Positions 12,450-26,800 of a stretch of DNA of 64,000 bases are shown piece after piece. A program made the translations under genes and the position numbers. The notes under the pieces were generated by a model that was given only the letters and a program-made list of their open reading frames with translations, was not told the origin of the DNA and did not search any database. The number at the start of each line of letters is the position of its first letter. Position 1 is the stretch's first letter. The stretch lies in NCBI GenBank assembly GCA_973895155.1, contig OZ316891.1, positions 18,040,095-18,104,094 on the forward strand, in the 5' to 3' direction. Source of the DNA: Marsupella aquatica (lineage: Eukaryota; Plantae; Marchantiophyta).

Positions 12450-14379
12450 TTGACTCCGACCGAGAAAATACTTTCCTCTTTTGAATATAGGTAGTACAGT
12501 TTTATAATATTAATGGAAATATTCCCGTACTTTTTGGTTGACGTCAAAGCAATTTTCGTTGATCTTTTGTCTATTTCTAATGTCGTGCAATGTCATCATG
12601 AAGATTTTGTCCCAATGACTTTTTGAGGCAACCATGGTCTCTATCCTTTTCCCTACAACTTTATGTTTGCATTGCTTCCTGAGGATTCCATACTGCATTC
12701 TCAGTTTGGGATTCTGGGGTATCTATTTTTCTCTTGCACTCCCATTTGTGTTCGAGCGACACTTTTGCTGACCTGAGATGGATTGTGGAACCAGAAGCTC
12801 TGTTGAAGTACGTAGTTTGTATTCAATGATTTTGGAAGAGGGTTTGGTCCCCGTCACTGAACAGCCTCCAAAACCGGCTCAACCTTCCTCCGAACGAAGC
12901 AATTAGCCCTGGCAAGATGCTTATCCCATGGGTCAGAGATTCTCCACCAAGGCGTTTTGCGGATAGATTTACAATTCACTGGCCTCCTCCTCCCCACAAC
13001 CCAACTTGGGAGGCTGAAATGTGCACCCAAGAAGTGCTTGGGCACAGCGATTTATAGAGTACAACCATTCCTGGCAAGGCCCCTCAAAGAGGTGAGGAAT
13101 GAAGGTCATCTGCGGCATATATCAGCATCCGATATCACGGTTTTATTCCCAACAAAGTCCAATCTAGGCCGACATCGATGATGAGTGTGGTTTGTCCATG
13201 ACCAAGGGCACTAGTGCCCGGCGCTAGTGTGCTCACTTGCCCAAAGGAAACCCTTCCATGTTCTCGATATTCGTCATGTGATAGACGCTATTTGTTTTTA
13301 GATTGTGGTCTAGTGGTGGACCTTGCCACCCAGCGCCCTCACCAATCCCAGCCCTCATGCCTAGGTGCCCTTGGTGCCGGAATGCCTCCACGGAATACCT
13401 CGAGCAAACACCCTAGTGCCCCTTGCACCACCAGCGGCCCCTCCCATACAAAGCCGCACTTGCTCACCTACACGACCGCGACTCAACGGTCCTCACTGTC
13501 TGCACAAGCAACCAAGCACCTCGGTAAGTAACCCTTCTGCTACGCTGGAAGGAAGAGGCTTGGCTGGGAGGAGGGTTTCCGCCAACATCAAAGGGTTGCC
13601 GCCAACATTGCTCAAACCACACGCAACCACTAGTAGAAACCGGGGGGTATTTAGACCCCATTAAACGACTATGTAGTACCGTATAGGACTCGGAAACGAC
13701 TGGGAAGGACTCCAGTCCTTTATAGGACTGCGAGTCGTATGTTTTGTTACTATAATCAACTGAGTCCTTTATAGAACTGGTTCACGAGTCGTTTAATAGA
13801 CTGGATTTTCAGTCTATTGTAGTCTTTGTTTGGGTAGCTTTGGTGAGTCATTTTCAGTCTTTTAAGGGGTGCGATGGTGAGTTGTTGGGAAGGACTAAAC
13901 AGGTTATGGAGGGTAGTCTTTAAGTTTACTTTGTGGGTCTATAAAACGACTAAAGGAGATACTTAGTGGGGTATGTATAAGTCTTTCATGTAAACTCGAA
14001 ATGAGTGATGAAGACCCCACTATACTACTTGGAATGTGCACAAATAAGACATTCCATTCATGTTTTTTTGTGTACTGTAAATGAACTCACTCTATAAAGT
14101 CACAAAGCATGAAACTACCATACACACTAATATTGAAATGATACAAAACAGATTCTAGTATCATCCAATGGTCACCTTATAGCCATAGTTTGACATCAAT
14201 CACTTGTTTCATACATACACACAGAATTCAGAAATATATACATGTCACACATAATGATAACGAATCCGTCATCCTCTTTACCAAATGGAAAAATTGGTAC
14301 AGATATTTCTTGGATCTTTCCAAGGCAATGTCAAAATGTAACACAATTCACATGGTTCTATCTACACTTGCATTCAGTC

Positions 14380-17300
14380 ACTGCAGACTAACACACTCTG
14401 ATGGCCAGAGCACAAGAGATCCTACTGCATCTGCAATTATTTCCTGAGGTGGATCATCATCTCTATTTGGAAATGGCAAATTACAATCAGATACAATCAC
14501 TGTAGTCAACAACACTACTACATGGTCATCGGGGACCACTTTGCCATGGAATTTAGCATGATCCGATCACAAAATGCCTGTACCCACACATACCTGTGAG
14601 TCATCCTCCCATGATTGAAGATTATGGACTGGCTCTGCTATGGCTATCACCTCCACCTTACCCTGGCTGTTTTTCTTGGCTTTCCTGGGTGGCTTATACA
14701 TGACATTATTCATACCTTGGTTGCGAGTCATGACTTTGGCACGAGTGTTTTATGCTGGTGATCGAGAATTGGCTACACTCTTCTTCAAAGAATCTGCATC
14801 CATATTTGACACTTCCGATTGTGTAGCAGGATTTCCCTGCGATATCATCTCAGTATATGCCAACATTGTACTTGCTTCAATTGAAGCATCTACAATCTTA
14901 CTTGCATCCAATGTTGCTCCCAAATTTCGACGTCGCTTCACCCTGCTCCCACTTGGTTGAGAATCTGACAACTCTGCATCAACTACAATTCAGTGCCATT
15001 GTCCAACATAAGTGAATCACTCATCACATGTGCTACATGTACATGTCACCAACCACAAAGTTGTCACTATCTCCTTACCATTATGAACAGCCTTCTTCCC
15101 CTTCTTTGCCATTGCCATATCCTCCATGTCTGCTTCTGCTGATCAATAAACACACCACAATATTCAGGTTGAATCTATTAACCATTGAATTGTCTCTCAA
15201 CATTCATATAGAGGAATTTAAAGCATCAGCTTACCTGATACCTTCTTGGCTATGGTCACTGAGGCACTGGGCACATCCTTTTCATTATTGCTCTTTGAGT
15301 CACCTGAAGCAAGTTAATCATGATGTCACTTCAGATCCCAGTTGATCCAACCAGTTCTTACAGAAAAGATTACCTCCAATCGGCTTAAGCTTCACAAAAA
15401 TCCATGCACTTTTCAAATGTAATCTACTGGATCATAGCAGGTTACCTGTCTCAACAACCTTCTTGCCCTTCTGCTTACTGATTACAGGGCCCTTCGATGC
15501 CTCCACTCTTCTTGCATTCAAACCATTCACTCAATTCATGAAAACCCACTTCTAATATTTGAACATAGGACACAATGAACAATGGACCGGTGTCATTTCC
15601 ATACCTGTGTCAGATTTGCCAATTCCCTTTTTTGTTAACAAGGGCACACTTTGTACAAGGTTGCCCTCATTGTTTGGCTGAGAACCACCCAATTTCTCAA
15701 TCACAAGCTTGAAATTAGATTCCACTGATGCAAGTAGGTTTGCTACAGATGCCTCCAAAATATCCAAACGATCACCCAATTTACTTTCCACTCGAGGAAG
15801 TCCACACTCTAATGACTTCAACCGTTCACACATCTCTGCAAGAGTTGTAACAGTTCCCTGTAATCACACAACCTACATATCTCAGATAACTGTCCCCAAG
15901 AACTGGTTGCTTACTTTCTACTACATTTCCTACTGATGCTATCGAACATCACAGAATTACAACATAATCACCTGTTTGGAAGTCACACTTGTCACCTCAC
16001 TCCTTTGTTTCATGAACTCCTCTCTCACTTCTTGTGCTGATGGTTCTTCACCTGTCAATTTCTTCTGTATGCCACATCAACATACATATGAATTAAAGCA
16101 ACTGTTGATTGTCAATGAAAATGCAATAATAGTAGCAAGATGATTAGTGATAGGCTACGCTTACTATCAGACATGCCTTACCAGTTGTTCTTTCACTGGA
16201 GCATAACTTCCTCTCCCAGCCTGTGAAAGGTGTTTCACTTTGCCTCGAGCATTTGACATCAGTTCACTCTTGCTCTGCCTAGCCTCTGACATGAACCCTT
16301 TGATTAACCGTGTCCATTGATCCAGTTCCAATGATGGGGGTGCTGGCATTCTCCTGTTAGAACCATTGTCTATCCACATCCTTTTCAACCTATGTCTCTC
16401 TTGTTTCAAAATCCTCATTGCATAATCTGATATGCAATCTTCAACTGGGCCCTTACCATCATTACCAACATACTCCCACCGTTCAAGAATGTCCTTGCAA
16501 ATAGCAGCCCAATCGGCTTTGTTCTGACTCCTAAACTCTGTAATGCTCAAATCTAACCAGCGCAATACTTCTCCTCTCAAGTTAGAATGCCAGCGGTTCT
16601 TACCATCACATGTGGGAGTTATCCAACCATCGGAATTCACTTCTACTTTACCAAATTTGTTACTGTCTCCTGCCTTGGTACTCCCTGAAGCGCTACTAGG
16701 TGTCCCTCCACGGCCTGGTGTCCCCCCACGGCCTGGGCCCCCACGGCCTGCACCACGGCCTGGAGCGCATTGTGCAAACCTCCCTGGAGTCCCTGCACAT
16801 TTACGGGAACCATTTTTTAAGTATGAAGCATAAATTTTGCTGCCAAATATACATTGAGCTTCAGAGCAATTTTGCAATGACCAAGTTACCTCTCCCTGGG
16901 CGCATAGATGGTTCTGGACCATCTGTCCAATTGCCTTGTCTTGATGAATTAGGGCCGTTTCTCCTGCCTGTGAATGATTGCCTCCTATCTGAACGTGGAT
17001 GGTCTTTGTTGTTTTTGTGATTGTCCCAATCAGAGTCTGCATTCACCAACAGGCACATGCCACACTCATGGACCGGTTAGATACACTCTTTGCCCTAGAC
17101 ATCAGATAATTCCATATTGAGCTACAATTTCTACTACCATCACAAAATCACTAGCACAAAGCACTTACTTGTCCAATCATCCTCCTGATCTTTCCATTGC
17201 CCTCTGTACCCATCTCTACCACGCTCTGGGCATTCATATTCACCCCATCCATCTTCTGCTCCATCGTAGTCATCATCATAATCATCAGGCGTCCCTTGCC

Positions 17301-17511
17301 AATAACTCTGGCTCCTTCTAGGGTATGGATTACGTGATTTCTCTTTGGCTGCCCACCTACCTGGCACTTGATCAGGGCCCTGTGCATCCTGCACAGGTGC
17401 ATTTTTCTGTGAGCCCCTTGCATCTGGATGTCCATCCATATCCAATCTTTCCTCTTCATCCCACTCTCCAAGCCCCATGTCTGTCTCCATGTCTTCACCC
17501 TCTTCCCCCAT
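14380..17511 (-). pseudogene. TnpA/Ptta-like accessory gene of the outer CACTA (multi-exon)
   Basis: ORF 16167..17042 has a helical Ptta-like region (LKQERHRLKR..PP....QW..L....KSE.MSNARGKVKH.S.AGRGSY). Further fragments at 15552-15833 and 14750-14971. C-terminal En/Spm Tnp1-like domain at about 14380-14640 (FHGKVVPDDHVVV...GSLVLWP). Confidence 0.65.
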
Positions 17512-18532
17512 AGTTTCTGCATAGCATCCACAACCAAACCCAGGCTAAATGAGCACACTAAATTCAAAGTATCAATCAATTTCATGCATATGGACATGAC
17601 CAAAACATCATTTCGGGAAGCAATTCCCATTCTGTGACTATGTGCATGTAGTCATCCTCAACCTCATCAAAGTGAATCTTCAGCCGCTGCCTATTGCACA
17701 TCATCAACCTCATCGTATTGCATCTCCCCAGGTTCATATGTCTCTCACTACAACACTATGCACCTCTTTTGCGAACCACCACCCTTCGCATCATACAAAG
17801 GAAACAAAATCCGAAATACCCAATTTGCGAACTTACTCGCATCGCAACGTCTTCGCTACTTCCCATCTCAAATTCTTCGCAAACGGCCCTTCGCAACTAC
17901 TTTGCAACTTGCGATTCTAAATACGTCGCAACATCTCCGCAACGTTGCGACGACACTGTCCTTGCAAATATTGAGAAACGACAAATTTCATTATTTTGCG
18001 AGAACAAATGAATCGCTCGCGTTGCGATAACATTTACATCGCAATTTCCGATGTTAAATTTCTCTATAACTTGCGATGCAAACAAACTCGTAAGATTGCG
18101 AGAAGCGGATGACCGCTTTGTTGGGAAGGCATTTAACTCGCAAACGTGTGGAGAGTAAGTCTTCGCTAGGGTTGTGATTAGACAACATCGCAAGTGTTGC
18201 GATGCGTTTCTCCTCGGAATGGTTGCGATACGTTCACCGTGGCTCTTTGAGATGGGGGTTGGTTCTCAAAAGCTTCGCAAAATGTATATTTCATGGGTTT
18301 TTGTGTATTTGGGTTAGGGTGAGGGTGAGGGAGACCATTCATGGGTTTTGAAGGAGGGAGGAAAGTGATGTTGACCCAGTCTGCCGCAATTAAAATGGCA
18401 TTACTGAAAAAGTACAAAAGTTACAAAATGGAAGGGTAAAAACCCTTAGGTAAAGTGCCACGGCCATGCATGCTGATCGCTATACATGTGAACTCGATGT
18501 AAGTGCTCTAGCTACAACTTGTCTACATCGAG

Positions 18533-20630
18533 CTAGAAAGGAGTGTTCCTGCCCCTCCTTGCCTTCTTCCCCTTGGCCTTCTCCTTGCCCTTGTGTGCTC
18601 TTGGGGGGGGTGCAACCTGGACTTCCTCCTCCTCTTGGTCACCCTCGGGGTCACCCTCATCCTCATCCTCATCCTCATCCCCACCTCCACCGCCCTGGCT
18701 TGCCGCGCTACCACCCCCAGCACCACTGGAACGTGCTGATGCAAATGACTGGTCTCCAGTGCTAGTTGGCCTGGCTTGAGTAGCAGGAGCTGTGCTCCCC
18801 TCCCCTGTCCCCTCCACATCCTCATCACTACTATCGGTGCCACCCTCGGTATGGGAGTCACCATCCTCCCCTCCCTGCTTCCATTAGCAAACCAGGGTGT
18901 CTGTTAGTCTCATATTCTTTACAAGTGTGAACAAAAGAGATATTCATTCAAAATTGCAATGAATGTAATAACCTAAAAATTCTCACCAATAATTCATCAA
19001 CTTGCTGAAAGAGATGCTCCTTCCCATGTTTCTGGCCCACCTCCATCTCAGCCGCCGTAATCTTCCTCTTGTACCTCTTGTACTAAGCCAAAACAAAACC
19101 AACACAATTGGGTTAACACCAACCCATAACCCGATTCACATGGCTTCTAAAAATTAGGGGGTTTGTTGGGGCTGGTGGGGTGGTGCATCAAGGTTTTGGG
19201 GTTATGGAGGGTGGCATATATGGGGAAGACCCTCAAAGAACACTTAAACGATCGGAAAATTTAAAAATTCAAATTTTTGAAATTTTGCGAAGGCGCCAGC
19301 TTCACAATCATAAGGACAATTACGTTTGCGAAGCTGGTTGCAATGCGAACGTCTTCGCAACGCCTTCGCAAACGTAAGCAAAAAAAGGGCATAATAAGGT
19401 TTGCGAAGGATTTGCGAAGCTACCCGCATCGCAAATGTATCGCAAACTCTGTCATGGCAAAAACCCGAGAGGGAAGCAACTGTACGTGACCTAATCTGAC
19501 ACAACAAGTCTAATTGTAACTACTTGGTGGAAATGCAAGAAAGAGTTGGCTCATTGCAGGTGTGTTGGAATAGGAATTGGAGTAGCAAGAAGTCAAGGGA
19601 GGAGAGGGAGGTGCACTCACGAGTGCTGCTTTGAGGCCGGGGAGGCCACCTTGACCCAGCCTGTGGGTGATGTTGGGCTTGTCTCGGACTCGCTCAGCTG
19701 CCTTCAGGAACTTGTTGGGTGGATCGCCTACTTCTGCTACAACCTGCTGGAGCTGGGCTACCTTCTGCTCCATCACCTTCAAGTCCCGGTCAGACTTCCC
19801 GGCCTCCTTTGCCCTTCGAGCCTTTGCCAGCTTCTCTGTGAAATCATTGAGGAGCTGGCTGCTTTCAACTTCACCTCTGTCTGGTAGAAGGCCTGCCAGA
19901 TATCTTCTGAGAATTGCAGCGGCCTCTGCAAATTCCTATACTCCTCCAAATCTCTAAGGTGAGACCTGATCTTCATTCTATCATGGTATCTAGCTTGTGA
20001 CATGGAGTTTGAAATTTTGTCAGCAAGCCATTGTGAATCCATCTCTCCTCCATTTCGAAATGCATCTTTCACCTGATTGATGACTCGCTTCTGCTCTGCC
20101 TTTGAGCTAGTGCCCCACTCGACTCCTCTTGCAAAATTTGTGGATACAATGTGCTTGATTGTGCTCTTGGCCCCATTGTAAGCAAGCTCGGTGGGAATCC
20201 CCTCATCCTCTAAAGTAATCAGAGGCAGCTTCCTCCTTGCTGCCTCCTTCTTTCTTTGCTCCTCCCTCTGTTTCCTGATCAGGTCTCTCTCATCTTTCCT
20301 CCTCTTCTTTTCCAATGCTTGAGGCGAGAGCACTCCAGCCTGAGCTCTCTCGTCCCTCTTTCGCTTCCTCTCAGCAGCCGCCTGCTCTGTTGCCTTCCTT
20401 GCATCCTCCTCCACTGCTGCTTGCCCTGTAGTGAGACCTGCTTGCAAGGCTTGGCCGAGAAGGGCACTCAATGATGCCAGCCCTGCTGGACTGGTGAAAT
20501 CAATTTGACTCAACTGTGCAACCGAAAAATGCTCATCCACAATCGCCTTCAATCGATCCCCCCCCCCTCGGTTGCCTCCGCTGCTGCCAGAAGCTCCTCC
20601 ATCACCACCAGTCCCCTCTTCGCTCGCCAT
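18533..20630 (-). pseudogene. TnpA-like accessory gene of the inner CACTA
   Basis: ATG at 20630 (MASEEG..). Helical/NLS-rich ORF 19779..20786 frameshifts into ..KPNITHRLGQGGL (19510..19782). Acidic/basic terminal exon 18533..18817. Confidence 0.55.
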
Positions 20631-21349
20631 CGCTCCACCCTTGCCCTCGTTGCTCTCCTTAGGCCTGAATGAACTGAATCCGCCTTGTCCGCGCTCGGCA
20701 ATCCATAAGGATTCAAAATATTGGGCTTTGTGATTCGTTTCGCATCGCAGTTTGCGATGCATCGGCCTTCGCAAAAAGCTTCGCAAATTCTATCTTTGCG
20801 AAGCTTCAAGATTCGCAAAAGCCTTCGCTATTTGGTTTTGCCATAACCCCCGTCTCGCATGCGTATTTGATGTGTTGTTAGGGATACTAAGGGGGCTTAT
20901 GAACATTAAATGGGGTAGATGTAGAGGATTATGTTGCATTTTAGTGGGATGTGATGAGATAAGGATTGGGGGGGTTAGAAAATTGAAGGAGTTATATTGC
21001 AGGGTAAGAGGAGGGGGTTTGGCCTGGTTAGGGGAGGGTTTCTTTTGTGAAGGTTGGGCTTAGATTGGCTTAGATACGAGGGGTTTTATGTTTTGGGTTT
21101 GCAGGTGGGTTTTATTTATGAAGGTTGGGGTTATATGTATTGGAGGGTAAGAGCTAGGAGGGGTTTTATGTTTTGGGGTTTGGGGTTTAGGCCAACTTAG
21201 GAGGGTTTGAAAGAGAGGTTTCAGTTTTATAGTATCTTGGGTTACTTTTATGGTATCTTAGGAGGGTAACCAAGAGGGGTGGCATATAATTATGGTAAAC
21301 AGAAGCATAGGATGGTTGAAGGGAATTGACCATTTAGGTTTTTGCTAAC

Positions 21350-22410
21350 TTCATTGGCTTACGCTTTTAGAGTTCCCAAGGGTCTATGGTGGGTTTTTAT
21401 TGCATGACACTCACCTTTCACTTGAAGCGGGATGAGATTTTGGTTTTTATGCTAACAATTGAGGGAAATCCCATGTAATCATGATCCAGTGCAAGACCAT
21501 CACTGCTTCCTCAACTTTTGTCTAATGCATATGCATTGTGGGAACCCGGACATCTAAAAGGTATATTTAAACATGTATGTTAGCAGGGTTTGATAAAGAG
21601 ATTGTTCATAAACCTTGCCCTTCTTTGTTGTGCAAGAATATCTATATGCACATGTTTGGGGGTCTACAACTTGAGAGAAGCTAATGGCTATCCAAACTTA
21701 CTTTTTTGTTTCCAGTATTTTCCTCGTGCTTCTAGATTCAGCTCATGTTCAATGAGCCACACGACCTACAGGCACTATTGAGTCCGGATCTCATTCAGGT
21801 AATTATTGTCCAACTTCATTCTGGGCTTAGGCCTTTAGAGTTTTCCCAGGGGTCTAGGGTGGGTTTTTATTGCATGACACTCACCTTTCACTCGAGGGGG
21901 GATAAGGGTTTAGGGTTTAGGGTTTTATGCTAACAATTGAGGGGAAAACCCATGTAATCATGATACAACGCAGGGCCAACACTACTACCTCAACTTTTGT
22001 CTAATGCATATGCATTGTGGGAACCCGGGCATCTAAAAGGTATAACATCATGTATACAGTCAATGTTGTTAGTACAGATTTTTATGCTTGCCCTTCTTTG
22101 TTGTGCCATGATATATGTGGGTAAATGTCTAAGATTCCACAACTTGATGGCTGCTAATTACCATCCAAACTTACATTTTGTTTCCAGTATTTTCCTCCTA
22201 CTTCTAGATTTGGCAAATGTTCCAAAAGCCACATGACCTATAGGCACTATTGAGCCCGGGTCTCATTCAGGTAATAATCTAACCTCACTTAGGACATAGG
22301 GTATTACAATTTTCCCAAAGGTTATAATGTGGTTTCTTCTTGCATGACACTCACCTTAATTTGGGTTTCATGCTAACAAATATAAAAGGGTAATAAAACC
22401 CCATGTATAA
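21350..22410. repeat. About 470-bp direct repeat, two full copies plus a partial copy, between the divergent CACTA genes
   Basis: ttgcatgacactcacctt at about 21400, 21870 and 22340; tgtgggaaccc..catctaaaaggtata at about 21537 and 22016; ggcactattgag..tctcattcaggtaat at about 21771 and 22243. Confidence 0.85.
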
Positions 22411-22513
22411 ACCAACCTAATTGTTTTTTGAGTTCATTTTTTTAAAAATCGCTTTATATATGGCCTAATTTTTCCTAATCATGCCCTACATGCAATGTAA
22501 TGTGGCAGTGGAT

Positions 22514-23680
22514 ATGTCCTCTTCCTCTGAACTATCCAGTAGTGAGTACTCCTCCGATGACGATATACCCCCTCCTCCTCAGCCCGAGGTTACTGGTCCT
22601 CGTGGTCCACCCCGAAGACTTTGTGACTGCACCAGATGTGTGGGCCAAATTTCTCAACAATCTTATGTGTGTGCTCAACATATTGAGAGATATGGACGTC
22701 ATAGAGGTCTTACTCCCGGGGCTTCTTCATCCCATATGGTAAGTTTGTTTCAATTGATTGCCGTTCTTTACTGTTATTTTTAGAGGTGAATCAATGTTTA
22801 CACATATGGTTTACACATTTGGTTGTTTGTGGGTGTTTGCATGGAATAGGGATCCAGTATGCGTAGATTGGTGACACCACCACCCTATGTCCCATCACAA
22901 GGAGTTTTAGATGCTATAGGCAATGCACTTTCACAAGCCTTGGGTTTGGGAATTAGTACCAGTCATGGGACAGAAGGGGAACACCCTCATATGCCCACTG
23001 AGACACGAAGACCCCGGTCCAGGCCCCAATCCAACAGGAGGCCATGAGCACCCAATGACCCATCCAGAACACTAGTTCAGGGTAGGTGGGGTGTTTGTTC
23101 ATTCACTGGCAAGTGTGCCTCTATCATCAAGGATTGGGAACCTATCACTCTTGGCTTGCCTTATTTTACAGATTTTGATGAGGAGATTGTGGTTTGGGGT
23201 AGACGTTGGATTGTGAAAACTTCCACACTTGGAGAGAGACATGGATATGGAGTATTTGCTTGTGAGGATATCATCATGGATGAGGAGGGTGGGTCAAGTG
23301 TTCATGGTAGAGAGGGTCCTACTTTGTTCCCATACGGTGGACCCATCTACAAGAGAAGACATTGGAACATGATCCTTGCACAACATCCTGAGTGGAAAAC
23401 ATATGCTCTAGAGATGGATACTTTTGATGGTAGCACTAGAAGGTATAGTGAGCAGCGGGTGATAGATGGTGATCCCATACGTAATGGGAATATTGCTGGT
23501 TTCATAAATAGTACTGTGGGGACTCGGCCCAAGCGTAGGGCCAATTGTGAGTGGGTTTTTACTGATGGTCCAATGCCGGCACCATATGGCACGACATATC
23601 ATAAGGACCATTGCTTAGTTCTTGCTACTAGAACCATTAGAGCAGGAGATGAGTTATTCACACACTATGAGTGGGATTAG
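22514..23680 (+). pseudogene. CACTA-borne SET-domain (lysine methyltransferase-like) gene with N-terminal Zn motif, one premature stop
   Basis: Exon 1 22514-22738 (LCDCTRC...CAQHIERYG; GTAAG donor at 22739). Exon 2 22850-23680 is in frame except TGA at 23045. SET motifs: GYGVFACEDI, YGG, IDG..GNIAGFINS, ANC, VLATRTIRAGDELFTHY. Confidence 0.85.
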
Positions 23681-23891
23681 GAAATCATGTCCTTTATCCT
23701 CTTGCACCTATTTTGGACTTCCCATTTACTATTATATATATGGCCTTTGGGCTCATTTTGGAGTAATAAGGTTTTAGCCCATGCATTTACTTTAATTCTT
23801 AATGTCTTGAATGAATGGTGTTAAGTCTATTTTAATTTGTTGTACTTGGTCAAATATACATGAGGAGGTTTTTTGGTTGTAATGTGCATAG

Positions 23892-26800
23892 AATGCGCAA
23901 CCATCTCAACAAATGTTACCACGAAGGTTGAGAGCAACATATCGGGAGATGGGTATGCCAGAAGAGGGAGAACCATCAGAGGGTGATTCCTCATCAAGTA
24001 ATGATGTAGGTGGTGCTGATGAGGAAGCCGCACCTCGGACTGATGACCAGGTCATGCATGATCAAGATAGAGCCATGGATGACTTCATGGTTGATTGGTT
24101 TGGTGCCGATGTTGAGGATGATGTGCCTCACATTGGTCATGAGGTTGGCCCTTCAAATGACCCACGGCCACAACATACTCCAGAGGGACAACAACAATGG
24201 AAAGAGGCAGAGGAACATGCTCGAACACCTATTTTTGAGGGTGCTCGGTTGAGCCGTCTTTCTGCCATATTGGGGCTCTTGAACATTCAAGCCAAACACA
24301 AGACAAGCAATTCTATGTTATCAGACATATTTGAATATTGTCATGACTTGATGTTACCCTCGGAGAATGTGTTGCCAGGGACCTGGAAGGATGCAAAGAA
24401 GGTTCTCTCATCCATTGGTATGGATTACCATATTATTCATGCCTGTGTGAATGATTGCATGTTATTTCACGGGGATACAGCCCATATCACAGAATGCACA
24501 GTGTGTCATGAGCCACGGTATGAGCCAAACATGCTAACCCAGAAGGTACCAAGGAAAGCAGTTCATTGGTTCCCCATAATTCCTCGCTTGTTGCACATGT
24601 ATAGATGTTCTGACTTGGCCGAGTTGATGGTATGGCACAAGAAACATCGTTCGGAGCCCGGTGTCATGCAATTACCAGTTGACTCTCCAGATCAACATGG
24701 CCAGATTTTGAGCGTGACCCTCGGCATGTGCGACTGGGGTTGGCATCAGATGGAGTTAGCCCTCATTCACTTGGAGGGAAGGGGAGACCTACATCGATCT
24801 GGCCTGTGGTTCTCATGAATTACAATCTTCCACCATGGTTGTCTATGAAAAAGGGTTTTTTGTTGCTATCTTTGATTATCCCAGGGCCAAAGAAGGTGAA
24901 GAACATGGACACCTATTTGACATTACTGGTTCAGGAACTCCAAAAATTATGGGAAGGAGTATGGGCATATGATGGTCGAAAGACTACAGGGGGTACCCCA
25001 CGGGTTTTCAAACTCAAAGGGGTTTGTATGTGGACCATGCATGACTACCCAGGTAAGAACTTTGTTGTTTAAATGCATCATATTCTAATGCATGGTATCC
25101 CCTCATTTCCATGTGCTAATCCTAAAATAATGTGTGTTTATATGACCAGGATTTGGCTTTGTGAGTGGGTTGCAAACCCAAGGCTACAAGGCTTGCTCCA
25201 CTTGTGGCCCAAGCCTTGGTGATGTAGCCAAGTATTCATCACATCTTCGCAAGATTGTTTATCTTGGGCATACAAAGTTTCTTCCAATAGGACATCAGAT
25301 GAGGCGTGACCCACTACTATTTTCCTCTATTGATATGCCCTTTGGTGACGAGCGTGATGTACCTGAGCCAACAACTTTTACACACTGGAAAGACATGGCT
25401 GCAAGAGTGGCAAACCCAGAGGATCCCATGCAATTTGACGGTAGTGGCTTGACAAGGTGGAGTATATTAACCACTTTGCCCTATTGGGGTGAGTTGAAGA
25501 TCCGTCATCTATTAGACCCCATGCACATTGAGGGAAATGTGGGAAAGGCTTTGATAAAGGCTTTCTATGGAGAGAAAGACACTAACTTCAGGGAGGCTTG
25601 TGAGGATCTTGAGATGCATCCAGACGTGTGGGTCATAAGTGATCCTATCACAGGGATCGAGCATCGACCTTCAGCTCCATGGGTGCTTCCTATTGGCCAG
25701 AGAAGGGAGTTTCAGAATCGCATAGGAGACATGCGGTTTCCTACTGGTTATGGTGCCAATCTCCGAAAGGCCTTTGGGATGGAGGACAATCATAAGTGGC
25801 CAAGGTATCTCAAGACACATGACTACCATAGGTTATTGCAGCACATATTGCCTGTGGCCATAATAGGTTTGGCAAGTGAAGAAGTGCAAGATGCCCTTTG
25901 GTCATTGGGAAAACTATTGAGATGGGTATGCTCTAAGGAGATATATACTGATGAGATCCCTGGGATGGAGGTTTTGGCAGCAGAGGTGGTATGCAAGTTG
26001 GAGAAGGCCCTTCCTCCTTCCTTTTTTGACTGTCAAGTGCATTTACTTGTTCATCTTGTTCATGAGGTGGCCATTGTAGGTCCTGTGCATTGTCGGTGGA
26101 TGTATTGGCTAGAATGATACATGGCAGTGTTAAAAGGTTATGTACGTAACCGTGCACGGGTTGAGGGAAGCATGGCTACAAGATACTTAGCAGCTGAGAG
26201 TATGTTCTATTGTAGTAACATATTGGCCACAATTGATTGTACCTCTCCCCGTACTTGGGTAGAGGAGAGGGAAGATGAAGAGGATCGTTTAACAGGTGCT
26301 AGGAAAACTCGCATGTTGACACCAGTGGAGGTGAAACAACTGACCACATTCATGTTGAGTAACAGCACTATCATGGAAGAATGGAGGGATTTCTATGAGG
26401 ATGCCAAAAGTAACAGCACAAGACCAAGGATTTTTCCAAAGTACCTTGACTACATGAAGGAGAAGTTAGTTGAGGTGGATGACATGGTGGTCAGGGGAGA
26501 GAGTGTATTACATTTTCCGGCTATCACAGATGATGTTCGTACCATTGTTCATGGTCCCTTGAGAGTGGTTACAACAAGGACAGCAATGTGGACACAAGGA
26601 AGACATTTCAGGTGATCTCCATCTACCTTAGTAACCTTTGATTTGAATCACTTGGTTTAATTTAATTCATTTGTAATACAAGCACGTATATTGAAGAGGC
26701 AGATTCTTGGTGTGTTCAATTAATTGGAATATGTTTGTATCTATTTTTGTGTAACATATCCTTATGGTTTGATGGATTTTAGGATTTCTTCCCTTGATGA

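Noticed and set aside
12460-13627. Possible LINE or other TE remnant between the MULE-like element and the CACTA
   Set aside because: No diagnostic motif, terminus or TSD could be supported.
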